From positions 17,174,001-17,238,000 of the forward strand of contig OX597840.1 of NCBI GenBank assembly GCA_951406725.2: 64,000 bases of DNA. Direction: 5' to 3'. The notes below the pieces were generated by a model. That model made no database searches and had not been told where the DNA came from. It saw only the letters and a program-made list of their open reading frames with translations. The translations under genes were made by a program, and so were the position numbers. This DNA is from Octopus vulgaris (lineage: Eukaryota). Positions 1-11,110 of this stretch are shown one piece after another (within the stretch, counting starts at the first letter, position 1; each line of letters starts with the position of its first letter).

Positions 1-1865
1 GAAGACCTTGACAGCCTGTGAAAAATTCACTGCATGAGGTGACCCACATAAATCTACCCCCTAATTACATGACATTCCAATCTGTCACAGACAACTAGGA
101 AGCTTTTATGCAGTCACTCAAGCTGCTAGAAATAGCAACTAAACCTCACTCAAATCACCCCCACCTCTATTGGCTTTAAAAAGAAGAAACCACATGATCA
201 TTCAGTGATGGATATTTCTAAAATGACAGGATGGTCATAACTGGAACGCCTTTGGTCAGCAATTTAATCAACCAGGGATTGTCAGACACTCAGCAACAAG
301 ACACTGGACCAATGAGAGAGCGTCAATGCCAGAGGGTGGGGTATGTGTTAGGGGATGGGGTACCACACCAGTGGGGCAAGACAAAATTTTATTGGACCAA
401 GATTTCAGAATAAGGCATAAGTGATTAAAACTACTTTGAATGTGTGTGTTCTTTCTTAACAATTACAAGATAGTTGTAAACAAGTGTCCCTGTCATACAA
501 GCAGTGTTATTCATTTCCAATATTCTGTAAGAGCACATCAGGCCATGGAGAAATATTACCTGGCTTGGAAACAGGTATGTGTTGGTAACGAGAAAGGCAT
601 CTGGCCATAGAAAGTCTGCCTCAACAAATTGACCCATGCAAGCATGGACAAGTGTATGTTATAATGATGATGATGAACATCTAACATCTGTTTTCCATGC
701 TGTCATGGGTTGAACAGTTTGACTGGATACAAGCAGCTGCATGGCTGTGTCAAGCTCTCAAAGTCAGATTTGACATGGTTTCTACAAGTGGGTGCCCTTC
801 CTAAAATTAACCACTTTACAAAATGCACTGAGTGCTTCTTATAAGGACACTGGCACAAGTGCGGAGAAAAGCCCCTTCAACTAAGAGACGGGTATATTTG
901 AGAGAGGGTGCTGAGAGGGGAAGATTTGACTGCTATTTCTAGAATGCTAAGCAACTGCAGAGAGGCTCACTTATTATTACAGTTGCAATCCATATCCGGT
1001 TTAGTTTTGTGATTGGCAGGAAAACGTTCCACATTGTGTCTTACTAGGAGACTCACTGACCACTACAGGACACTAGACTTCAGTCAGAGCAGCCAATAGC
1101 TGTTAAGATCTTCAGCATAAACTTCAGTTCTATGATATGGAAAAGGTTGGAATGGGTGGTACTTGACACTTGCAGTTCGATTCATCTGCTCTGTGCAAAA
1201 CTGATTTAAAAGTAACAGCTTCAAATTTAGACAGACATTGATGTGTAAAACCTATTCTATAGCCAAAGACCCAATCTTCAGTAGTGTGAAAAGACTGATA
1301 TCTTATATGGGAAAGTTCCAATTTGTTTTTACGTGGATGGTCAAAAATGGCATCAATATTATAATTAGTCTGGAATGGAGACGACAGAAACATCTCAAAT
1401 ATTAAATATCCAAAGACACTTGGGCCCAAAGTAAATAGTATCTCAAAGCCTTGGTTCAGAAGCCTAAAGGAAAAACAGGTAGAGCCCTGGTGGATCAGAA
1501 GAGAAACTGAAAGGGGACAGGAATGGCATGGAACCAAGTAAAAACAAATACATCAGAAGACCACCAGAGAAGGTATGTTTCTTTTGGGAATCCCAAAGGG
1601 CCATGTTGACATCAATATACAGCTGGTATTCATTTTAATCTACCACAAAGGATGAAAAACACTTGGCAGGGCTCAAGTACTAATTAAAAGAGTAGACTGA
1701 GTCACTTAGACTAGCTACAATTCTATAAACTGGTAGTATGCACATTATATATATATATATAAGAATGTATGACAGCTTTTGGGTGGTTTGAAAAGCGATT
1801 AACATAATTTAGATGCTTACTTGGCTCATGGCAAGGATTGAGGAGACAAGTACCCAGGTCTAGTT

Positions 1866-2094
1866 CAGTGGTCCACAACTGGTATGCTGTGGCACACTGG
1901 TATGCTGTGGCACACTGGTATGCTGTGGCACACTGGTATGCTGTGGCACACTGGTATGCTGTGGCACACTGGTGTGCCAGTGTAATCTGAATATAATTTT
2001 TTTCTTATACTTTTAGTTATACTTTTAGTTCATGCATGTCGCCAGATTTTGAAATAAGTTTACGGCAAGTGCAAAAAAAGGCTGCAGAGAACTG
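1866..2094. mobile_element. hAT-Charlie-like MITE with internal tandem expansion
   Basis: CAGTGGTCCACAAC ... GCTGCAGAGAACTG ends, with TCTAG-containing flanks. Confidence 0.5.
1879..1968. repeat. 18-bp perfect tandem repeat x5 (CTGGTATGCTGTGGCACA)
   Basis: Units start at 1879, 1897, 1915, 1933 and 1951. Confidence 0.95.
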
Positions 2095-2498
2095 ATCTAG
2101 AGTGACGTCTCAGAAATTTACTACTTTACAATTGTCATTAAATGAATAGACAAAACTACATTTTTAAAGAGTAATCAACTTCTTAATTACGTATGCTGAG
2201 CAAGCTAATTGAATCCAGCTACTTTCTCATTAAGATATATAAGTGCTAGTTCCATGACAGAAAAGACAGACCAGTTTACTGAAGGAACATTCTACCTTGC
2301 TTATGACTTGTCTGGTGACTGTTCCTCAGTCTAGCATGACAGACAAAAATACGAAGAGAATCACTCTCTGTGTCTATAGTTAGCCATGTTCCAGCAGATC
2401 TACAATTCAAAAAAAGACACTCCAATTGTGACTGTCCATCTTTCTATTTATCAGAAACTACATTAGCAAATATTTGTCTTTCAAGATACAGTGTAAAT

Positions 2499-2741
2499 CA
2501 GTGCTACTCAAAGTAGTGGTCCATAAACCATCAACTGCTGGTATGTGGCAACTTTCCAGAAAAGAAAGAAACATTATAAAATGCTTATGTAATATTGTAT
2601 TATTTATTTACAAAATAAATATAAGATAAAAAAAAATTGTCAACTTTTATTATATTCACTGTATATATTGTTTCCGGTATAAATAAATATTACTCAAGAA
2701 TATTACCGGTCCCTGACACATCAGATAGTTTGAGAAGTACT
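2499..2741. mobile_element. hAT-Charlie-like MITE
   Basis: TIR CAGTGCTACTCAAA / TTTGAGAAGTACTG; TSD gtgtaaat/gtgtacat. Confidence 0.7.
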
Positions 2742-3227
2742 GGTGTACATGACAGTTTCATTGCTATTTTTAGCATGTTGAGTCACCACCTGAAGCAGTG
2801 AGCTTCAAATACTAGCCATATCCCTACCAAAATATTCTATTATCAGTTTCAGCCAGAGGCTGTGGCCATGATGGAGCACTGTCGTTAAAGAAAGTTTTTT
2901 TCTTTCTCCATTTCATTACAAAACATTGCACATCTATATAAATCCTTTCCCACCATGGGATTGGCTTAAGCTTATAACTATTTAAAACTAATTCTATAAA
3001 ACCAGGAAGTTTATCTAATTCTTTAAATACTCAACACCACCACCACCCACAAGACCCACAAACTTTGAGAGAGGAGGGACGGAGGGCCGTTAGCATATCA
3101 GCTGTTACTAAAAACATGGCATCCAATTTATATTTTCCTTGCAGAATAAAGTTTTGTTTTGATTCTATTTTTTTAATTATCAGTTCAAATCTAGAAAAAA
3201 AAAAGGCCATTTTAAAACCACATTTAA

Positions 3228-3608
3228 CCCTTTTGTTACCAAGTTTCTGTTGACATATACTGCTTTTGTTTCAAGTAATATTAAAAATAATGAATTTAGT
3301 TCATTTTTGTATCTGGTTTGCAAGATTCTTTATGTGAATTTGTGTGTTGAAACAAATTTTGTCTAGGGAGAGTCAATTTAACCCAGTTGACTAATAATAA
3401 CAAATGAGTGGAACTGAACAATGGCATAATGACTCTCCCTAGACACAACAAAAAGAATTTAGTAAACTAACTCATTATTAAGCTGGGGCCTGGAACAAAT
3501 TAGCAGAAAAGCTTGATAGATGATTAGAATTCAGGCCACTGAATGTTTAAAACATTGAGTTTATCATAGAACTTTGGGGTGGTTTCAGATGGGTTGCTAT
3601 CAAAAAGG
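3228..3608. mobile_element. piggyBac-like MITE, family 2
   Basis: TTAA|CCCTTTTGTTACC ... GCTATCAAAAAGG|TTAA; shares its right TTAA with the next MITE. Confidence 0.55.
3360..3445. repeat. 16-bp perfect inverted repeat TGTCTAGGGAGAGTCA
   Basis: 3360-3375 vs 3430-3445. Confidence 0.85.
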
Positions 3609-3612
3609 TTAA

Positions 3613-4054
3613 CCCTTTAGCATTTAAACGGGCCAAATCTAGCCAAAATATTCTACCTGTTTTATGTTCAAACTAAACAGATCCAGCCTCTTACACTGAC
3701 CCTACAATGTCATTCTTCTAAGAATAAAACAATAAAACTGTCACCATCAAAATCTCAAAGCTATGAGATAATACATGATTAATACAAAACGACATTAATA
3801 ACTATTAAAGAAGTGATTTTAAATTCTCAGACACAGGATAAAGCTACTAATACAGCCTGAACAGGATAAGCTACTCCATCAGGCTTAGATTATTAACATT
3901 ATCCGGAGTTTGAGAATTTAAAATCACTTATTTAACTTTCTAAGACATCTCAACGCTTCTAAAGCAAACTTTGTTTGTTTGTTTACATTCATCGTAATTT
4001 GAATTTAACGAGTAAACGTTTTACATTTGACAACGAAATCTGAATGTTAAAGGG
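3613..4054 (+). mobile_element. piggyBac-like MITE, family 1, with nested insertion
   Basis: TTAA|CCCTTTAGCATT ... GAATGTTAAAGGG; extra sequence at ~3800-4010 compared with other copies. Confidence 0.7.
3805..3935. repeat. Inverted repeat (31-bp core arms, 28/31 match) with nested AGCCTGA/TCAGGCT stem
   Basis: 3811-3841 vs 3899-3929. Confidence 0.85.
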
Positions 4055-4869
4055 TCAAAACAGAAAGAAATACTTTACACAACGAAGCAAACAGTAACAG
4101 TGTACAAGATGCTTTTCTTTTTTATCTGCAGGCAACAACAACAACAACGACAATAGGAAAAATAGCAATAACAACAACAAAAATAGCGGCAAGTAATAAT
4201 ACAACTAGCAGACATATCCTGCAAGCAAGACGAGAGGATAGAGTGGGAAAAATATATATATTGATCATCTAAAAGGAATGAGGTAAGTGGAGGAGTTTAA
4301 TAATTCAAAGAACGAAAACAATGACTAAATTCTTTGTGCATTCTATGAGGAGAGTTTGAGGTGGGGGGGAAATTTTTTTTTTTCCCCCTTATACATTTTC
4401 TGCTGCTCAATGTGCAATGTATCCTGACCTTCGTATGACCTTTGAAGACATCCCAGGGGACAGCTTGAGACACAAAGCTATCTATAGCATCTAAAATCTG
4501 TTTTTTTTTTTTTTTTTTGAAAAATAAAGAAAACAGTAAAAAGTTTAAGATTTTGGGGTATTTTTCTTTAAAAAAAACAAAAAATATAAAAGGAAATTCA
4601 AAACTTTAATAAAATTTGAGAAAGTGTCTGGTTTATGACGGTAAACCATGTTTGTGTTGGTCGTAATAATATATATAATGGAGACAAGAATGTTAACAGC
4701 TTAGATACACATTAATGACAGGCTAAGGAGGGGGGAGGGGGTAGTAATTCAGCTGTGTGAGGGGGTGACAGGGATGAAATGGAGAACGGTGAGGGGGTGT
4801 AACTGGCCAGCTGGGAAGGATAAGTGGTCAACAGTGCTTTAGTTGGGGAGTGACAGGGAGGGTGGTGAA

Positions 4870-5372
4870 AGGAGAGGGAGGGAGGACAGCCAGAGAGAGA
4901 AAGAGGTGGGAAGGAGGACAGCCAGAGAGAGAAAGAGGTGGGAAGGAGGACAGACAGAGAGAGAGACACACAGAAGGCAGCCAGAGGCCGAGGGTGGGAG
5001 GGAAGCCAAATAGAGAGAGAGGGTGGGAGGGAAGCCAGATAGAGAGAGAGGGTGGGAGGGAAGCCAGATAGAGAGAGAGGGTGGGAGGGAAGCCAGAGAG
5101 AGAGAGAGGGTGGGAGGGAAGCCAGAGAGAGAGAGAGAGGGTGGGAGGGAAGCCAGAGAGAGAGGGTGGGTGGGAGGGAAGCCAGAGAGAGAGGGTGGGA
5201 GGGAAGCCAGAGAGAGGGTGGGAGGGAAGCCAGAGAGAGAGGGTGGGAGGGAAGCCAGAGAGAGAGAGTGGGGGGAAGCCAGAGAGAGAGAGAGAGAGAG
5301 AGAGAAGGTGGGAGGGAAGCCAGAGAGAGAGAGGGTGGGAGGGAAGCCAGAGAGAGAGAGAAGGAGAAAGGA
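4870..5372 (+). repeat. Purine-rich minisatellite GGGTGGGAGGGAAGCC(AG)n
   Basis: More than a dozen units with variable (AG)n spacers. Confidence 0.95.
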
Positions 5373-5737
5373 TGCCATGAAGGCCCATTGCTCCTTCAGT
5401 CTAATCCTTTCTATAGTAGAAGGCCTGAAATTTGGGGGAGGTGGTGTAAGTTGATTGCATCGACCCCAGTACTCAACTGGCACTTATTCTATTAACCCTG
5501 AAATGATGAAAAGCAAAGTCGGAAGAATTCGAACTCAGAACATGAAGACAGACGGAATGCCGCTAAGCATTTTGCCCAACGTATTAATGATACTGCCAGC
5601 TTGCCATCTTAATAAGTACACCGTATCCTATACAATCCGTCTCTTACACAGTGGTACAAAAAGTTCCATCTAACCCATACTGGCCTAGAGAATCAAACCT
5701 AAAAAAGTTTTACATAATAGATCCCTACCAATTTCAT

Positions 5738-5898
5738 AGGAACAGGAGTGGCTGTGTGGTAAGTAGTTTGCTTACCAACCACATGGTTCTGGGTTCAGTC
5801 CCACTGTGTGGCACCTTGGGCAAGTGTTTTCTACTATAGCCTCAGGCAGACCAAAGCTTTGAGTGGATTTGATAGACGGAAACTGAAAGAAGCCCCTC

Positions 5899-5934
<36 letters not shown>

Positions 5935-6121
5935 CCTCACCATCGCTTGACAACCGATGCTGGTGTGTTTACATCCCCATAACTTAGCGGTTTGGCAAAA
6001 GAAACCAATATAAGTACTAGGCTTACAAAGAATAAGTCCTGGGGTCAATTTGTTCAACTAAAGGCAGTGCCCTAGAATGGCCACAGTCAAATGACTGAAA
6101 CAAATAAATGAATAAAAGAAT
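5738..6121 (+). mobile_element. tRNA-derived SINE family A
   Basis: A box TGGCTGTGTGG, B box GGTTCAGTCCC, internal (TA)/(TG) tract, AAAAGAAT-type tail. Confidence 0.85.
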
Positions 6122-6484
6122 ATAAAAAAAGTGCTGATTTCTTGGTCTTTCGAGTGAACCATCAATAGTTTAGTGTGGCCCACCAGGAGTACCTGTACAT
6201 CACCGATCCAATGACAACATCTCGTCAAACACTTGGCCTTCAGGTATCTCTAGCAAACTGCACTGTAGCTGTCAATCATAACAGACCCCTACCAATTACC
6301 GCCCTTGAGTGGAAGGCCCGATATTTGGTTTAACCTTTTAGCATTCAAACTGGCCATATCCGGCTTAAATAATAATCCATTTTATGTTCAAACCAGCCAG
6401 ATCTATTCTAGCCTCTCACATCTAATCTACTAAAAATAAGTCATCACATTACAAAAATCTCAAAGCTACAAGATAATACAGGAT

Positions 6485-6660
6485 TATACAGTTCTATATT
6501 TAAGAGTTGAGGAATTATGTACATTAATTACATTTGATGGCTATTTGTCCTCATCTTTGTTGTTAACACATTTCCGTTGATATACCCTCCAGCCTTCATC
6601 AGATGTCTTGGGGAAATCTCAAACCTGGGTTCTCATTCCTAAAGTATTTTTCAATATTCA
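6485..6660 (-). mobile_element. Short hammerhead-bearing Penelope-like repeat, second copy
   Basis: Homologous to 8146-8317; begins where a piggyBac-like MITE (6334-~6485) breaks off. Confidence 0.55.
6565..6607 (-). ncRNA. Decayed copy of the same hammerhead ribozyme
   Basis: GACAU-CUGAUGA-AGGCUGGAGGGUAUAUCAACG-GAAA-UGUGUU; stem II 3' side mutated and 3 nt deleted after GAAA. Confidence 0.5.
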
Positions 6661-8145
6661 TCACCATCATCATCATGTTTAACGTCCGTTTTCCATGCTA
6701 GCATGGGTTGGACGGTTTGACCAGGGTCTGGGAAGCCAGGAGGCTGAACTATGCTCCAGTCTGATCTGGCAAAGTTTCTACAGCTGGATGCCCTTCCTAA
6801 TGCCAACCACTCCATGAGTGTATTGGGTGCTTTTTACATGCTACCAGCACAGGGGCCAGAGGAGGATGGAAATGGCCATGATTGGTCTTCTTTCAGCTTC
6901 CATCAACCAAAATTCACTCAGGATTTGGTTAGGCCAGGGTTGGTACCACACTATGTGATTCAACCCCAAATCACAAGGTTGAGAAGCAAATTCCGTAACC
7001 ACAGTCATGCCAGCATACAGATTTTCTACAGAGCTCCCAATGTTGAATCCCAGTCCAGCATCAATTTTACTAGGTTTGACAGCCTTGTAATAGTTGGGAG
7101 CAGAGCTCCATCTCATCTCAGACTGACTATAATCACTTTCTTTTCCTGTTTAAGTAAATTGAAGACTTAAATAAAACTGAAGGAGGAACTGGATTTTTTT
7201 AAACAAGATTCAACACCAATGGTATACATTATTCAAACTGGTATACATTTCACAGGAAAACTGTTCAACAGAGCTGCAATGACCAGGAACACCTATCCAG
7301 GCTTAAACTATAGAGATGAGTAGAATATATCCATAAAATTCCTTTGGTACAATCATCGTTTTAGTTTTACTAAATGCTTATTTGTCTAATTTTTTTCATC
7401 ACAGTACTGTGGCTTCCTTGATAACTTCTAATTCTTTATCAAAAAGGTCACATTAGCATGATGAAGTTTGGTTAATTATCTAAAAAAAAAAACAAACTAA
7501 AACTCAAGTGAACTGCAACCAGTGCATGTGCCTATTGGCAATATGACCCCACCAAAGTACATGTTTCAACAAACAGTTTCAAAACAAGTTAAAAAGCAGA
7601 ATAAAAGAATATTTCTGTATCATTTCTTCCAAACAAATTGCCAACTAAAAACTATGAAGATTTCTACGAAGATTAGAGAGCTTAAATAATTGTGCACCTA
7701 AATAAGTATATCCAGAACAAATGAACTGTAGAGAGGCCTCCTTGTTGGAGGTATTTAAGGGGGGGGGGGGGACTTCAAATTCAGGACTCAAGATAATTTA
7801 TAACCTCAAGACACAAAGAGCAATAGTATTTGTAATACTGCCACTACTAGAGCAGTTTGTTTTGAAGGGGGTGGGACATTAATATTAATTTTGTTAATCA
7901 AATGCAGAAAAGATAAAAGGTTGCTACGTTTATGCTTTCTTTGAGGACATGAAACTGACAGGCTAACCTAGTTTTTCAAGTGACCAAGAGCTGTAAAATG
8001 ATTGGAGACAGGAAAAGCATCCAGCCACAAAAAAACCATGTCATAGACATGGGTGAAAACCCATCAAACAAATGCTAGCAAATAAAATATTCAAGGGAAA
8101 AATATTTCCAATGTCTACAGACAGTTCTGGAAGAACCACAAGGTC

Positions 8146-8317
8146 TTTATTTACATTATTTACATTTGATGGATATTCGTCCTCATCTTGTTTGTTGCTA
8201 ACACAACGTTTCGGCTGATATACCCTCAAGCCTTCTTCAGGTGTCTTCGGGAAATTTCAAACCTGGGTTCTCATTACTAAGGTATTTTTTAATATTATTA
8301 TTATTATTGTTCAGGTC
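8146..8317 (-). mobile_element. Short hammerhead-bearing Penelope-like repeat
   Basis: About 170 bp aligning by eye with 6490-6660; (ATT)n at one end; contains the hammerhead. Confidence 0.55.
8200..8245 (-). ncRNA. Minimal type-I hammerhead ribozyme in a Penelope-like/retrozyme repeat
   Basis: Minus strand GACAC-CUGAAGA-A-GGCU(UGAGGGUAUAUC)AGCC-GAAA-CG-UU-GUGUU: full core, stem I GACAC/GUGUU, stem II GGCU/AGCC, palindromic AACGUU in place of stem III. Confidence 0.7.
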
Positions 8318-9304
8318 AAGCGCTAAAATATCACCAATTGTTAAGACAAATTTGTGAAGATGCTTGTCCTTGAGGTTAGGATGTTGTACTCATAATCACA
8401 GGATTGTGGTTTCAACTTTCAGGCCAGTTACTGCATTGTGTTCTTGGGTAAAGCACTTTATTCCCCACTGCTGCAGTTCACCCAGATGTAAAACAGTAAA
8501 TTTGTAAGGGACTGGTGTCCTGTCCAAGAGAATGGTGTGATCTCAGTCATAGAAACCAGGTAACTAGCCTGGTATGTCCTAGGGCTAGAAAGAAAAATTG
8601 CTCACAACCCCTTTTGACAAGATACAAAGTTAATTTTGTAATTAGAAGAGTCGCTTGAAGGGCACATGTCTACATGCAGCAGCCTTTACAACCTCACCAA
8701 AACCAAAAGATACTTGCCTGAGGTGCTATGCAGTGAGATTGAACTTGAAACCACATGACTGTGAAGCAAGTTTTTTAATCACATAACCATGTAAATTTAT
8801 AAGGGGTCTCCTGACAATTATAGCTAATCTACAAGATTTAATAAAGCAAAAAAAAAGTTAAATTTGTATTTGTGAATTCAAGCCAACAAGGGAACCCCTA
8901 AAAGCTAGAAATAGCAGCCAAATCTTTTTACAAAGGTAAAAACCTCTTTTTTTAATGGGAGAATTGCAGGTTCAATTTACGGTCAGTATGAAAGGCAAGG
9001 GCCTGCCTCTAAAAGGATTTGATCTCAAAATGGCACTAAGAAATCATTTAGTTCAACACCATTTTTATCATCCTTGCCTTCATAAAATGCCTCGAGAGAA
9101 ATGACAAACACTTGAATCCTCCCATCATATAACTGGTACTTATTGACTTTGTGCAAGATTGCCCCTGGTTATAGGAGGATCAAAACCACTTGTAAAATGT
9201 TCATAGCTAAAATTAAAACTTACCATTGCTACTTAAGTTCTTTAGATCATGACCCAAACAAAATTTGCCCATCTTGTGTATCACGTGCAATATATAGGAC
9301 ATAT

Positions 9305-9832
9305 TTCCCTGGTGTCCATGCATTTGATATGATACGCATTCCCAATTTTTATTTCAACCATCGCAGTAACTTGGGACTTAGGAAAGAAAAACTTGATATT
9401 ACTCAGAACATGAAACAAGGGCCAAATAAAAGTCCGAAAATGAGCACACGTTTAGTAGTAACTTATTAAAATGCTTTAAACTGCCAAAGAATTAAGGCAG
9501 ATTATTTTCATAACTGATTAAAAGCTAATCCATTAGAAATTTGGTGACGATTATGAAAATTCCCTGGCATCCAAGCATCATATGATACATATTCCCTTTT
9601 TTTTTCCCACCTCCACAACTTGGGACTTAGAAAAGGAAAACTTGATATTACTTAGATCATGAAACAAGGGCCAACAATAAGCCTGAAAACCAGCACAGAC
9701 GTTCAGGGGAAACTTTTTAAAAGGCTTTAAACTGACAAACAAAGAGTTAAGAGTTTACAAAATCCTTCCAAATTTTTGATTATTTTCATAATAGATTAAA
9801 ACTAATCAATTAAAAATATGGTGATAATTATC
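9305..9832. repeat. Diverged ~250-bp tandem duplication
   Basis: AACTTGGGACTTAG...AAACTTGATATTACT...CATGAAACAAGGGCCAA occurs at ~9368 and ~9617. Confidence 0.85.
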
Positions 9833-10309
9833 TAAAGTATTTTTTTTAAAAAAAACAAAAAAAAGGAGGGGTCCAAATCAAGATTTGAACACGCGATAGG
9901 TGATATTTTGTACTAGATAACCACAGTATTAACTACTAAGAGAACAAACCAGGTCAGATGAAGGCTTAAAACTGATAAAACAAAAACTATGCTATCTGCA
10001 AAGATAAAAAACTGATCAAAATTTAACATCTTACACAATCATGTCGAGTTTTTGTTTTATAGCAAATTAAATCTTCAGCATGACCCAGCTGAAATAAACA
10101 ATGTCAGGGTTCAAAGGTCAACAGTGATTAGACATTAAATCAATCTTGATTTTTCTTTTTTTAACCCTCTTTAAACAGCTCTACCATAAAGTCACCTGTC
10201 TTTGATAATTTATACACACACATACACAGAAGGCGTGTGGTGGTGAATACATTGTCTTAATTACACAAATATGAAAATAACACCAACATCTCATTTTAAC
10301 AGATATATT

Positions 10310-10493
10310 TACCAGACGAAGGGATTAAGTCGATTACATCAACCAGGGTGCGTAACTGGGACTTATTTAATTGACCCTGAAAGGATGAAAGGCAAAGTCG
10401 ACCTTGGCAGAATTTGAACTCAGAACGTAATGGCAGACGAAATACCACTAAGCATTTCGCCCGGCGTGCTAACAATTCTGCCATCTCGCCGCC
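10310..10493 (-). mobile_element. tRNA-derived SINE family B with MetaSINE-like central domain (other copies ~5405-5610, 30418-30545, 31972-32187, 44390-44585, 58027-58232, 61150-61280, 63310-63630)
   Basis: Head GGCGGCGAGATGGCAGAA...GAGTTCAAATTC, then GGTCGACTTTGCCTTTCATCCTTTC...AAGT(A/C)CCAG, resembling the Meta domain. Confidence 0.75.
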
Positions 10494-11110
10494 CTAAATA
10501 TATGAAGGTGACACATATACAACAGTCAAATGTTTCTAGAGAGGGGTCAGCACACACGCACACACTCTCATGATGGTTTTCTCCCATTGGTTTCTGTTTA
10601 CCAAATTCACTCATGCCTGATCAACCATGGCCATAAGTACTAGACTTGTAAAGTCTTGGAGTTGATATCTTCGACTAAAAGGCAGTGCTCCAGCATGGCC
10701 GCAGTCAAATGACCGAAAAAAGTAAAATAATAAAAGAATACGATATATACATATAGTATACAATGAATACGAAGGATTTAGTTCATTGATGAACCAAACC
10801 AATAGGAACACTGTAAGTACTATAAATGGTCATCCATAGCAGGCTTCCAAGTTAGCCAAGGAAAATGGGAAACAAAGCCAAGGCAGAATGAGCTTCCCAA
10901 ACTTTCTGATGTCGTATACTGGCAGGTCCCCCCCCCCCCAATGTGCCACAGACTGGTAATATTTTTTAATAATATTAATTTATACCAGAAACAATTATTG
11001 TAATGAATATAAAAAAAGGCTGACAAATTTTTTATCGCATATTTTTTTTGTAAACAATATTACATAAGCATTTTATAATGTTTCTTTCTTTTCTGGAAAT
11101 TTGCCACATA

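Noticed and set aside
1130-1537. 135-aa minus-strand ORF with acceptor-like tttag|G at 1463
   Set aside because: No recognisable domain, not FERM, and phase 2. The + strand looks like a stop-ridden, decayed RTE-like retroelement, so the ORF is probably an antisense shadow.
1879-1968. Regular 18-bp repeats as a CRISPR-like array
   Set aside because: No spacers, eukaryotic context, and located inside a MITE.
4712-5495. Long overlapping ORFs (up to 214 aa) on both strands
   Set aside because: Translations of the purine-rich minisatellite; low complexity and open in many frames.
6751-7170. 139-aa + ORF and overlapping 91-aa - ORF
   Set aside because: Starts within repeat family C; no recognisable protein or splice support.
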